Assembly: GCA_042216675.1 (NCBI GenBank)
Contig: JBDGTS010000018.1
Coordinates: forward strand, 1 to 64,000
Length of the DNA stretch: 64,000 bases
Direction of reading: 5' to 3'
Source of the DNA: Halobacteriaceae archaeon
Lineage (GTDB): Archaea; Halobacteriota; Halobacteria; Halobacteriales; Halobacteriaceae
Position 1 is the first letter of the stretch, and every line of letters starts with the position of its first letter. The notes beneath the pieces are model-generated. The model did not search any database. It was not told where the DNA came from and saw only the letters and a list, made by a program, of their open reading frames with translations. The position numbers were made by a program, and so were the translations under genes. This document shows, piece after piece, positions 38,258-47,182 of this stretch.

Positions 38258-39249
38258 GTGTAGGGCGCGCGGTCCCCCTCCACGTCGCGGTACGTCTCGT
38301 TGACGCGCCACTCGCCGTCGTCGCCCTCGACCATGTACTCGCCGTAGTAGGGCACTCGCTCGGCGACGGTGTGGCGAAACGCGTCGCGCATCGACTCCTT
38401 CGTCTCCCCGAGGTCGGTCAGGTCGTCGTTGCGGTTGAGACAGCCCTTGAGGTAGCCGTCGTGGGTGACGCGGACCCGGCCGCAGTTCGCGCAGAACTCC
38501 TCGTTGCCGACGGGGTCCACGATTTCGACCATGCCACCCGGCCCCTCGTCCTCGCCGACGAAGTAGCGCGTCCGAGCGTGCATCTCGCGCGTCTCCACGC
38601 GGTCCGCGCGCTCTTCCAGCCAGTCGTGGACCCGGTCGATGTCGATGGCCCACTCGGGGTGGCCGGCGAGTTCGGGCATGTACTCGATGAGTTGGAGGCG
38701 CAATCCCTCGTTCTCGGCGACGTGATCCACCATCTCGGGCACGTAGCCGGCCGTGTGCTCGAAGACGACCATGTTGAGTTTGACCGGCGCGAGGCCGGCG
38801 TCGATGGCCGCTTCGACGCCCTCCAGCACCCGGTCGTAGGCGCCGCGCTTCGTGAGTTCCGCGAACGTCTCGGGTTCGAGGGCGTCCTGTGAGACGTTGA
38901 CGCGTTCGAGACCGGCGTCCACGAGGTCCGCCGCCCGGCCGGGCAGGAACGTCCCGTTCGTCGTCATCGACGTCTCCATGCCGTCAGGCGTCCGGCGCAC
39001 GATTTCCGCCAAGTCCTCGCGGAGCATCGGCTCTCCGCCGGTGAACTTCACGGAGTCGACGCCGAACTCGGCCGCCACCTCCAGAAACTGGACCACCTGT
39101 TCGGTCGGAAGTTCGTCCTCCTGAGCCGCCATCGGGCCGCGGGTGTCGCCCAACCCCTCGTTGTGGCAGTAGACGCAGTCGAAGTTGCACCGGTCGGTGA
39201 GCGACACCCGCACGCCCGACACCTCCCGACCGAAGCGGTCCCGGAGCAT
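38245..39249 (-). CDS. moaA: GTP 3',8-cyclase (radical SAM)
   Basis: [37 protein letters not shown]. Confidence 0.96.
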   Translation of the reverse strand: MLRDRFGREVSGVRVSLTDRCNFDCVYCHNEGLGDTRGPMAAQEDELPTEQVVQFLEVAAEFGVDSVKFTGGEPMLREDLAEIVRRTPDGMETSMTTNGTFLPGRAADLVDAGLERVNVSQDALEPETFAELTKRGAYDRVLEGVEAAIDAGLAPVKLNMVVFEHTAGYVPEMVDHVAENEGLRLQLIEYMPELAGHPEWAIDIDRVHDWLEERADRVETREMHARTRYFVGEDEGPGGMVEIVDPVGNEEFCANCGRVRVTHDGYLKGCLNRNDDLTDLGETKESMRDAFRHTVAERVPYYGEYMVEGDDGEWRVNETYRDVEGDRAPYTYSD

Positions 39250-39333
39250 GTGCCAACTGTTCGCACTCGACGGGGTTAAATCTGCGCCTCGGCGCAACCG
39301 AATCGTTATCCGACCGCGGGCCTCCCAGTGGGC

Positions 39334-40050
39334 ATGGAGTTGGTTCGAGCGTTAGCCGCCGAGGGCGTCGTCTGCACCGTCGGCGCAGGCGGCAAGAAGA
39401 CGACGCTGTACCGCCTCGCCGAGCGAATCGACCGGGCGGTGGTCACGGCGACGGTTCGCATCCCCGTCTTCGACGACAGGGTGGCGGACGTCGTCGTGAC
39501 CGACGACCCCGCGAGCGCAATCGAGAGCGCGACGGCGTGGCCACTCGGCGTCGTCCCCGAGCGCGAGCGCGAGGACCGGTATCGCGGCTACGACCCGAGC
39601 GTCGTGGACGAGATTGCGGACGCCGCCGACGCGATTCTCGTGAAGGCCGACGGCGCGCGGATGCGGCAGTTCAAGGCGCCCAGCGACCGGGAGCCACAGA
39701 TCCCATCCAGCGCGGACACGGTGCTCCCCATCGCAAGCGCCCGCGTCGTCGGCGAGGCGCTCACGGACGACCACGTCCACCGCGTCGACCGGGTGAGCGC
39801 GCTCACGGGCCGGGACCCCGGAGACGAACTGAGCGCGACGGACGTGGCGACGGTCCTTGCGAGTCCGGCCGGCGGACAGAAGGGCGTGCCCGGCGGCGCG
39901 ACTGTCGTGCCGGTGGTGAACATGGTGGACGACGAGGCGCTGGCGGCGACGGCCCGCGAGATAGCAGTGCGGATTCACCAGAAGGCGAACGTCCCGCGTG
40001 TCGTCCTGACGGAGATGACCGGCGACGACCCGGTCGTCGACGTGGTTTAG
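39334..40050 (+). CDS. yqeC: YqeC family protein (selenium-dependent Mo-hydroxylase accessory family)
   Basis: [21 protein letters not shown]....FKAP...EP.IP. Confidence 0.85.
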   Translation: MELVRALAAEGVVCTVGAGGKKTTLYRLAERIDRAVVTATVRIPVFDDRVADVVVTDDPASAIESATAWPLGVVPEREREDRYRGYDPSVVDEIADAADAILVKADGARMRQFKAPSDREPQIPSSADTVLPIASARVVGEALTDDHVHRVDRVSALTGRDPGDELSATDVATVLASPAGGQKGVPGGATVVPVVNMVDDEALAATAREIAVRIHQKANVPRVVLTEMTGDDPVVDVV

Positions 40051-40646
40051 AGGCGCTCGGCCACCGCGTCGAGTTCCGCGCGCGTGTTGACGTTGTCGAA
40101 GGTGTCGTCCTCGGCGTGGGCCTCGATTTCGTCGGCCTCGACGACGACGTAGTCCGTCTCGAACAGGGCGTCGATGATTTTGCCGTCGCCCCGGTCCAGT
40201 GCCCGGTCACAGGCGTCGGCCATCGCCGCCGCTCGGTAGACGGCTTGGGTCGTCTGGAACCAGTCGTCCGGACGCGGGACGGCGGCGTCGCGGCCCTGCG
40301 CCCTGTCGAGGAGGTACGCCGCGAAGTCGGGGTCCACGAAGGGCATGTCGCAGGCGACGACGAACGCGTACTCGGCGGGCGCGGCGCGCAGGCCGTTGCG
40401 GATGCCGGCCATCGGCCCCCTATCTCCCTCCGGGTCCTCGGCGAACCCGGGGTCGAAGCCGTCGAGAGCGTCCCGAATCGCGGGGACCTGTTCGGCGCGG
40501 CAGTTGACCACCAACGAGTTCACGGCGGGGGCGATGCGGTCGGCAACCCGTCGAATCATGGGTTCGCCCGCGAGGTCCGCGACGGCCTTGTCCGCGTCGC
40601 CGAAGCGAGTGGAGCGCCCGCCGGCGATGATGACGCCAGTCGACAT
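40047..40646 (-). CDS. mobA: Molybdenum cofactor guanylyltransferase
   Basis: IAGGRSTRFG..DKA, GPMAGI, ACDMPF, NVNT. Confidence 0.92.
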   Translation of the reverse strand: MSTGVIIAGGRSTRFGDADKAVADLAGEPMIRRVADRIAPAVNSLVVNCRAEQVPAIRDALDGFDPGFAEDPEGDRGPMAGIRNGLRAAPAEYAFVVACDMPFVDPDFAAYLLDRAQGRDAAVPRPDDWFQTTQAVYRAAAMADACDRALDRGDGKIIDALFETDYVVVEADEIEAHAEDDTFDNVNTRAELDAVAERL

Positions 40647-40720
40647 GGGTGCGAGTTCGGGGCCGGCGACCAAGAGTGCCCGGGACAATCCTTAAGCGCT
40701 CGCGCCGGTACTGTCGTGTG

Positions 40721-42490
40721 ATGGCACGTGACATCCCGGACCGACTGCTCCGGGTGGACCTCTCGGCAGGCGCCGTGTCGAGCGAGGGCGTCCCGTCCGC
40801 GTGGCGGCGCCGCTACGTCGGCGGGAAGGGGCTCGGCGCGCGCTATCTCTACGAGGAACTCGATGCCGGCGCCGACCCGCGCGGCCCCGAGAACGCCCTC
40901 CTGTTCATGCTCGGCCCCCTGTCGGGCGCGCTCCCCGGCGAGACGCGGTACGCCGCGGTGACGAAGTCGCCGCTCACCGGCCTGTTCCTCGACTCATACG
41001 CCGGCGGGGACTTTCCGGACCGACTCGCCGGCGCACTCGGCGACCACGTGGGCATTCTCGTGACCGGCGAGGCCGACGAGCCGACGCGCCTCGTCGTCGC
41101 GGACGGGACGGCGACGCTCGAACCGGCCGAGCACTGGGGCGCCGACGCCGTGGAGACGGGCGAAGCGTTCACGAACGCGAGCGTCGCGTGTGTCGGCCCG
41201 GCGGGGGAGCGCGGCGTCGCCTTCGCCACCATCGCCTCCGACGCGGGCGCTCACCACGCCGGCCGGGGCGGCGCGGGCGCCGTGATGGGCGACAAGCGCC
41301 TGAAGGCCGTCGTCGCGCGGGGCGACCCGCCCGAGACGGACCCCGAACTCGAACGCCTCGAAGCGGAGTACACCGCCCGCTACCGGGACGACGACACCGG
41401 ACGCTGGCAGGCCGCCAGCGGCACCGTCGAAACCGTCGACTTCGCGAACGAGGTGGGCGTCCTCTCGACGCGCGGGTGGCAGGAGGGGTCGTTCGAGGGC
41501 GCCGGCGACATCGGCATCGAGGCCGTTCGGGAGGGCGCCACCGGCCGCGAACGGCCGGAGCGAGCGGTCCCCGGCGGCTTCACCGTCGCCACCGACGAGG
41601 GCGAACACGTCCCGCGCGGCGCGACGGCGATGTCGCTCGGCGCGACGCTGGGCATCGGCGAGTTCGACGCCGTCGCCGAGTTGGGGCAGACCTGTGACCG
41701 CCTCGGAATCGACCTCATCAGTGCCGGAAGCGCCGTCGCGTGGGCCATCCGCGCGGGCGACGCGGGCCTGCTGGACCGCGAGGTGTCCTTCGGCGACCCG
41801 GAGGCCGCCCGGGAACTCCTCCACGAGATGGCGACCCGCGAGACGGAGCTGGGCGGTGCGCTCGCAGGCGGCGTCTCCCGTGCCGCCGAGCGCTTCGGCG
41901 GCGCGGACCTCGTGCCGACGGTGAAGGCGATGGCGCTCCCGGCCTACGACCCGCGCGGCGCCGCCAGCATGGCGCTGGCGTACGCGACGAGCGACCGGGG
42001 TGCCTGCCACCGTCGCGCCCGCACCGTCGAGCAGGAGGCGTTCGACGGCCGGTGGAGCCCCGAGCGGGCGGCCGAAACCGTCGCGACCGAGCAGGACCGC
42101 CGCTCGGCGCTCTGGAGCCTCGTCGCCGACGACTTCGTGGGCGAGGTGTTCACCGACCTCGGCGCGGAGTGGTTAGCGGCCGCGAACGTGGAGACGGCGG
42201 GAGACCTCGAAACCGTCGGGGAGCGCATCTGGACGCTCACGCGCCTGTTCAACGTCCGCGAGGGCGTCACCCGCGCGGACGACGACCTGCCCGCGGCGCT
42301 CCGAGAGCCACTCGACGACGGCGCGGTGGTGGACCCCGACCACTTCGACGCGATGCGCGACGCCTACTACGCCCGACGCGGGTGGGGCGCGGACGGCCGC
42401 CCGACCCGCGAGACGGTGGCCCGACTCGGACTGACCGACGCCGTGGACGACGAGACGCCCCTCGCCTCTGACCCGACTCAACACGCATGA
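40721..42490 (+). CDS. aor: Aldehyde:ferredoxin oxidoreductase family protein (degenerate Fe-S site)
   Basis: RVDLS, GGKGLG, KSPLTG, GPAGE, GRGG.GAVMG.K.LKA, CDRLGID.IS.G, RGACH, YY..RGW. Confidence 0.85.
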   Translation: MARDIPDRLLRVDLSAGAVSSEGVPSAWRRRYVGGKGLGARYLYEELDAGADPRGPENALLFMLGPLSGALPGETRYAAVTKSPLTGLFLDSYAGGDFPDRLAGALGDHVGILVTGEADEPTRLVVADGTATLEPAEHWGADAVETGEAFTNASVACVGPAGERGVAFATIASDAGAHHAGRGGAGAVMGDKRLKAVVARGDPPETDPELERLEAEYTARYRDDDTGRWQAASGTVETVDFANEVGVLSTRGWQEGSFEGAGDIGIEAVREGATGRERPERAVPGGFTVATDEGEHVPRGATAMSLGATLGIGEFDAVAELGQTCDRLGIDLISAGSAVAWAIRAGDAGLLDREVSFGDPEAARELLHEMATRETELGGALAGGVSRAAERFGGADLVPTVKAMALPAYDPRGAASMALAYATSDRGACHRRARTVEQEAFDGRWSPERAAETVATEQDRRSALWSLVADDFVGEVFTDLGAEWLAAANVETAGDLETVGERIWTLTRLFNVREGVTRADDDLPAALREPLDDGAVVDPDHFDAMRDAYYARRGWGADGRPTRETVARLGLTDAVDDETPLASDPTQHA

Positions 42491-43221
42491 CGGACGACAT
42501 CGACCTCGACGACATCGACGTGGCATCGGACGACGACGGGAACCGCGGCGACTGGTTCTGGGACGGCGCCGAGACGGACGCCGACCCGGACCCGGAACCG
42601 GCGGACGACTCGATGCGGGACGAACCGGTCCCTCGCGTCCCCCGCGAGAACGAGGACAAGCCGGCGGGCATCCCCGTCGAACAGGGCGGGGCCGGCGCCG
42701 GCCCGACGGGCGGCGAGGTGGGCGACGGCGGCGTGCCCGCCGAGGACACCGCCGACCACGGCGGGGGGAGCCCGGCGGCCTACGACGACGGCGGGAGCGA
42801 CGGTCCCGCGCCGGGGACGGCGACCCGAGCGGCCGGGTCGGCGGCCCACGGCGGCGACCCGGACCCAGACGGCATGACGATGGCGCTCACCTTCGAGGCG
42901 GTGAAGCGACTGGACGACCCCCGGCGCGTCCTCGCGTCGGCGGCCGGGTGGGCCGACTGGGTCGGCATCGTCGGCGAGGTGGAGGCCCACGTCATCAACA
43001 AGTTCCAGCGGGAACACGACCTCGACGTGGACTTCTTCAACGGGTCCGGTACCGACCCCGTCGAGCGACTGTCCGCCATCGGCCCACACTCGATGTTCTA
43101 CGCGACGCGAATGGTTGTCGTCGGCCTACCCGACGATGCGCACATCGCCGAGGACGCCGACTGGGAGTTCGTGCCGCTCTCGGAGGCCGCCGCGGAGGCG
43201 GACTGGAGCCTCGCCGAGTAG
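42487..43221 (+). CDS. Conserved haloarchaeal protein with acidic disordered N-terminus
   Basis: 4-nt overlap with aor; C-terminal MTMALTFEA..RLDDP...WVGIVG...DFFNG...WEFVPL.EAA domain. Confidence 0.75.
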   Translation: MTDDIDLDDIDVASDDDGNRGDWFWDGAETDADPDPEPADDSMRDEPVPRVPRENEDKPAGIPVEQGGAGAGPTGGEVGDGGVPAEDTADHGGGSPAAYDDGGSDGPAPGTATRAAGSAAHGGDPDPDGMTMALTFEAVKRLDDPRRVLASAAGWADWVGIVGEVEAHVINKFQREHDLDVDFFNGSGTDPVERLSAIGPHSMFYATRMVVVGLPDDAHIAEDADWEFVPLSEAAAEADWSLAE

Positions 43222-43260
43222 TTTTAAGTCCCCAGCGACCGACAGTGTGAACAGATACCA

Positions 43261-43521
43261 ATGGGCATCCGGAACGCACTCCAGAAGAGTCGCGTCGTGA
43301 CCTTCGGCGTCCTGTTCGCCATCGTGTGGACGCTGCTCGCCACAATCGAGGTAGCGACGGCGACGGACTGGCTGTCGTGGTCGACGGACTACGTCGGCCA
43401 GAACTCCGTGGCCGGCATCATCGGCTTCGTCGTGTTGGCCGTCTCGCTGGGGCTCCTCGTGACCCTGTCCAGCGAGACGGCCGAGTCTGAGCCGACGCCG
43501 GAGCCGTGGCCCCCCGAGTGA
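43261..43521 (+). CDS. Small 2-TM membrane protein
   Basis: Two hydrophobic helices, PEPWPPE tail; TTTTAA TATA-like element at ~43222-43227. Confidence 0.7.
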   Translation: MGIRNALQKSRVVTFGVLFAIVWTLLATIEVATATDWLSWSTDYVGQNSVAGIIGFVVLAVSLGLLVTLSSETAESEPTPEPWPPE

Positions 43522-43667
43522 TGACGTACTACGAGTGCGAGGGGTGTGGCCAACTCGTGCCCCTCACGGACCAGTCCGGCGGCGCCCGCCACGAGCGCTG
43601 TCCGGAGTGCGAGGAAGTGACGACGTGGACGGTGGCCTTCGAGGCCGAGGAGGGGGTGTCGTTTTGA
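43521..43667 (+). CDS. Small zinc-finger micro-protein (48 aa)
   Basis: MTYYECEGCGQLVPLTDQSGGARHERCPECEEVTTWTVAFEAEEGVSF*; TGATG coupling; missing from the ORF track. Confidence 0.8.
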   Translation: MTYYECEGCGQLVPLTDQSGGARHERCPECEEVTTWTVAFEAEEGVSF

Positions 43668-44011
43668 CCCTCACCTTCGAGGTCGGCGACCGGTTCGTCG
43701 AAGCCGCCGACGAGTGGGCGGAGCAGCGGATGACGGACCCCGACGACGCCCTCGAAACGAAGGTGGAGCAGGCTTTGCTGGAGGTCGAGCACCTCGCCTC
43801 GGGTGCCCACGACGTCGAGTTCTCCGTGGACGGCCGGACGGTCACCCACGAACCGACGGCCGAACTGCGGAACCTGCTCGAGAGACAGGCCGCGGAGACG
43901 GGCCTCGACCCCGACGCGGTGCTGAAACTCCACGTGGACCTGTTCGCGCGGGCGTTCCTCGAAGAGGCGACGGCGGAGGAGCGGCCGCCGAACGCGCCGC
44001 CGCGGGACTGA
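43664..44011 (+). CDS. Hypothetical protein
   Basis: TTG start overlapping the upstream stop (TTGA) after an SD-like GGAGGGGGTG; acidic helical ORF. Confidence 0.7.
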   Translation: MTLTFEVGDRFVEAADEWAEQRMTDPDDALETKVEQALLEVEHLASGAHDVEFSVDGRTVTHEPTAELRNLLERQAAETGLDPDAVLKLHVDLFARAFLEEATAEERPPNAPPRD

Positions 44012-44054
44012 CGCCAACACTTATTGTGCCGCCCGCGGTACGCTAACTCACGGC

Positions 44055-44213
44055 ATGGCCCACTACGACAGCGGCTGGCAACCCAAGGGCGTCACGGACA
44101 GAGTCAACGGCTTCGTGGTCCACGACCACGGCATCAAGCCGAACGAGGTCAACGAGGGCGAAATCGACGGCGACGTGTCCATCACAGACGACGAGGACGA
44201 GGCCGAGGAGTAG
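44055..44213 (+). CDS. Small acidic protein (52 aa)
   Basis: MAHYDSGWQPKGVTDRVNGFVVHDHGIKPNEVNEGEIDGDVSITDDEDEAEE*; CTTATT ~30 nt upstream; missing from the ORF track. Confidence 0.6.
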   Translation: MAHYDSGWQPKGVTDRVNGFVVHDHGIKPNEVNEGEIDGDVSITDDEDEAEE

Positions 44214-44846
44214 CTACCCGGGCACCTGCTGGGCGACCAGTTCGTCCTCGAAGGTGACCAGCCCCGAGAACACGAGCGCCGCCGCGAGATAGAAGTCCGA
44301 GTCGGCCTTCTCGCGGACGTCCGCCACCAAGTCGTCGTGCCAGACGAGCAGATGCTCGTCCAAAAACACCCGCTCGAAGCCGAAGGCCTCCTCGTGGCCC
44401 GCCCGCTGTCGCTCGATGAGGTGCCGGAGGAAGGCGAGTTCGACGGCGACGAAGTCGTTCTCCTCGGGGTAGTCCTCCGGGGGCGCCCACCCGGCGCCGC
44501 CGTAACTCGCCTCCACGTCGGCGAGGCCCTCGCCGATGAAGTCCGTGTCGTCGCGGTAGTACGTCTCGTGTGGAAGCACGGGCGGGCGCGGCCCGACGAA
44601 CAGGTCCGTGTACTCGCGTTCGAGGTCGTCGCGCACGTCCGCGACGGGGCGGTCCCGGTTCTCGGCGATCCACGACCGGAGCAAGCCAAAGCCCTCGTCC
44701 AGTCTGTCGGTGACCGAGTCCTCGGGGAACTGTGCGCCCGGCCCAAGCAGGTTCTCGACGAACTGTTCCTCCGGCACGTCCCAGAACGCCTCGATGGCGA
44801 AGTCCACCATCTCGAGGCGCGCGTCGTAGATTTCGGCGTCGCTCAT
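44214..44846 (-). CDS. TorD/DmsD family molybdoenzyme chaperone
   Basis: EYTDLFVGP....PHETYY, ENDFVAVELAFL, FLDEHL..W. Confidence 0.9.
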   Translation of the reverse strand: MSDAEIYDARLEMVDFAIEAFWDVPEEQFVENLLGPGAQFPEDSVTDRLDEGFGLLRSWIAENRDRPVADVRDDLEREYTDLFVGPRPPVLPHETYYRDDTDFIGEGLADVEASYGGAGWAPPEDYPEENDFVAVELAFLRHLIERQRAGHEEAFGFERVFLDEHLLVWHDDLVADVREKADSDFYLAAALVFSGLVTFEDELVAQQVPG

Positions 44847-47023
44847 CGGTGTTCACCCTCCTCGAACAGCAAGCGGGCGCGGCAGTCCGCACAGTACTCG
44901 AAGATGCTGTGGTCGCTGTCGGGCGCGATACCCTGCACCCGGTCGCCCACCTCCGCTTCGATGCGCTCGGCGGACCCGACGCTCGTGAACGGGTCGCCAC
45001 AGCGCACGCACTCCAGCATCTCGCCGTCGTAGACGGTCGTCCACTCGGGTTCCTCGGCGTCGCCTCGACGCTCCGGAAGCAGCGAGAGGTCGAGGCCGTC
45101 GCGCATCGTGATGGCCGTCTCGGGACACCCCTCCTCGCAGAGGCCGCAGTTGACACAGCGCTCGTGGTTGAACTGCAGGTCCCCGTCGCTCGTCCGGCGG
45201 ATGGCGTCCGTCGGGCAGAGCGTCGAACAGGTGGGCGTGAGGTTGCAGGCCTCGCTCACGTCCATCCGCCCGAAGTCCGTGAGGCCGCGGATGATTTCGC
45301 GCTCGGGGTCGGCGTGGTCGAGGATAGCGCGCACGCTCTCAAGCGTCCAGCCGTGACTGTCGAAGTCCGGGTTCGGCCGGCCGGCGGCGTCGTCGGCGTT
45401 GCCCCCCACCATCGCCCCACCGTCCGTGGCCACCCGTCCCCGGGCGCGGCCGGTGGCCTCGTGGTCGCCCGTGGGAACCGGCGTCTCGTCGAGGCCCTCG
45501 ACGAAGGCAGTCAGGTCCTCGGCGAACGCCGCCGGGTCGTCGCCGGGCGCGAGAAACGTCACCCGCTCGCCGAGGCCGAGGTCCGCCGCGGCGACGTTGA
45601 GTCGGTCGACCAGTTCGGTCTTCGGCTCCGGCCCGGAGTGGAGACAGTCGTCGCCACACCCGACGACGGCGACGCCATCGGCGCCCGCCGCGAGCGCGTG
45701 CATGACGTGTGCCTCGCCGACGGTGTCGGTGCAGTTCACGCGCACGGGGAGAACCGGCGGGTAGGCGAAGTCGCCGCCCTTGCCGGCCTCGCGGCCGTAC
45801 GCACGGAGTTCGTCCGCCGCGCGCTCCGAGCAGACGAACGCGACGACGGGCGTCTCGATGGCCGCGCTGTCGCCCCACGGCAGGAAGCCGTCGTCGTCCT
45901 CGCCGTCGAGGAGCGCCTCCACCTCGCGGGCGATGCGCTCGTTGCTCGGCTCCCGAAGCATCGTCGCGCCCGTCGGACAGGCGGAGGTGCAGGCGCCACA
46001 GTCCTGACACGCCACGGTGTCGAACTCCACGCTGTCGATGCCCGTGCGCTCGACGGCCCCGTGCGGGCAGGCGTCCGAGCAGGCGGTACAGCCCTGCTGG
46101 CCCGACTCGCCGGCCGCACAGTGGTCCATTTCGAGGTCCAAGAACTGGGGCTTCTCGACGCCGCCCAAATGCGACTCGACGGCCGCGGCCGTCGCCGCGC
46201 CGACGGGGCCGGTGTAGAAGCCCAACCGACCGCCCCGCGTCTCGGCGTCGGCGTCGGGGAACACCACTTGGTCGAACGTGAGCGTTCGCTCGACGCCGTC
46301 CATCTCGATGGCGTCCGTCGGGCACGTCTCGGTCCACTCGCCGTCGGGTGCCGCGGGGTCGATGTCGACGGGACGACTCGTCACCATCCCGTCTGGCCCC
46401 TCGCGCACGCAGTCCATACAGGAGATGCAGTCCTCCGTGACGCGGGCCTCGACTGTCACCTCGAAGTCTCCGAACGCGCCGTCGACGGCCGTGACGCGGC
46501 CCCGCTCTATCGTCACGTCGTCGAGGTCCGGGTCGTCGGCGAAGTCCCGACCGTTCGCGACGAGGGTCACGTCGGCGGTGTCCGAGAGCGTCGCCGCCGC
46601 CTCGGGGTCGCCGACGACGGCCACGCTGTCGCCCGCCTCGCGCGAGACGGTGCGAGAGACGGCCTCGGCGTCGAGGCCCGCCGCCGCGGCGTTCAGCAGG
46701 CGCGCCGTCTTCTCGGTGGCTTCGGCGCTGTCGTGGACCCACGCGCAGGACTCGCGGTGGTCGACGAACGTCGTGGCTTCGGGGTGAAGCCCCATCTCGT
46801 CGGCGAGGTTCCGGATGCGGCGCTGGCAGGACTGGTCGGGCGCGGTGGCGACGACGTGGTCGAGGTCGTACTCCTCGATTACGTGGGCCATCGCGTCCCG
46901 GCCGTCCTGACACAACACCTCCGAACTCGCGACGACGTCGACGCCGCGGACGCCGTCGCGCACCCCCTCGAGGTCCACGTCACAGGCACCACCACACGAA
47001 CAGACGAACGCGCCGACGTTCAT
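44843..47023 (-). CDS. HdrA-like/MvhD-like polyferredoxin iron-sulfur protein
   Basis: GAFVCSCG and HRESCAWVH (HdrA N-domain), several CxxCxxCxxxCP motifs, VAFVC...VRVNC...GADGVAVVGC..DC (MvhD). Confidence 0.85.
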   Translation of the reverse strand: MNVGAFVCSCGGACDVDLEGVRDGVRGVDVVASSEVLCQDGRDAMAHVIEEYDLDHVVATAPDQSCQRRIRNLADEMGLHPEATTFVDHRESCAWVHDSAEATEKTARLLNAAAAGLDAEAVSRTVSREAGDSVAVVGDPEAAATLSDTADVTLVANGRDFADDPDLDDVTIERGRVTAVDGAFGDFEVTVEARVTEDCISCMDCVREGPDGMVTSRPVDIDPAAPDGEWTETCPTDAIEMDGVERTLTFDQVVFPDADAETRGGRLGFYTGPVGAATAAAVESHLGGVEKPQFLDLEMDHCAAGESGQQGCTACSDACPHGAVERTGIDSVEFDTVACQDCGACTSACPTGATMLREPSNERIAREVEALLDGEDDDGFLPWGDSAAIETPVVAFVCSERAADELRAYGREAGKGGDFAYPPVLPVRVNCTDTVGEAHVMHALAAGADGVAVVGCGDDCLHSGPEPKTELVDRLNVAAADLGLGERVTFLAPGDDPAAFAEDLTAFVEGLDETPVPTGDHEATGRARGRVATDGGAMVGGNADDAAGRPNPDFDSHGWTLESVRAILDHADPEREIIRGLTDFGRMDVSEACNLTPTCSTLCPTDAIRRTSDGDLQFNHERCVNCGLCEEGCPETAITMRDGLDLSLLPERRGDAEEPEWTTVYDGEMLECVRCGDPFTSVGSAERIEAEVGDRVQGIAPDSDHSIFEYCADCRARLLFEEGEHR

Positions 47024-47182
47024 GTACTGTGCGGTAGGGTAGCACGGCTATAGGCCTTGCGCCCAGTTCGCCGTCAGTGGGTTCATATCCCCTCGGGAGT
47101 TTGGCATGGGGCTTTATAGTGAACGACCGTGAATAATCATCGGAGTGGTATCACACCACACAACGGGTGGAGTCCACTACAC

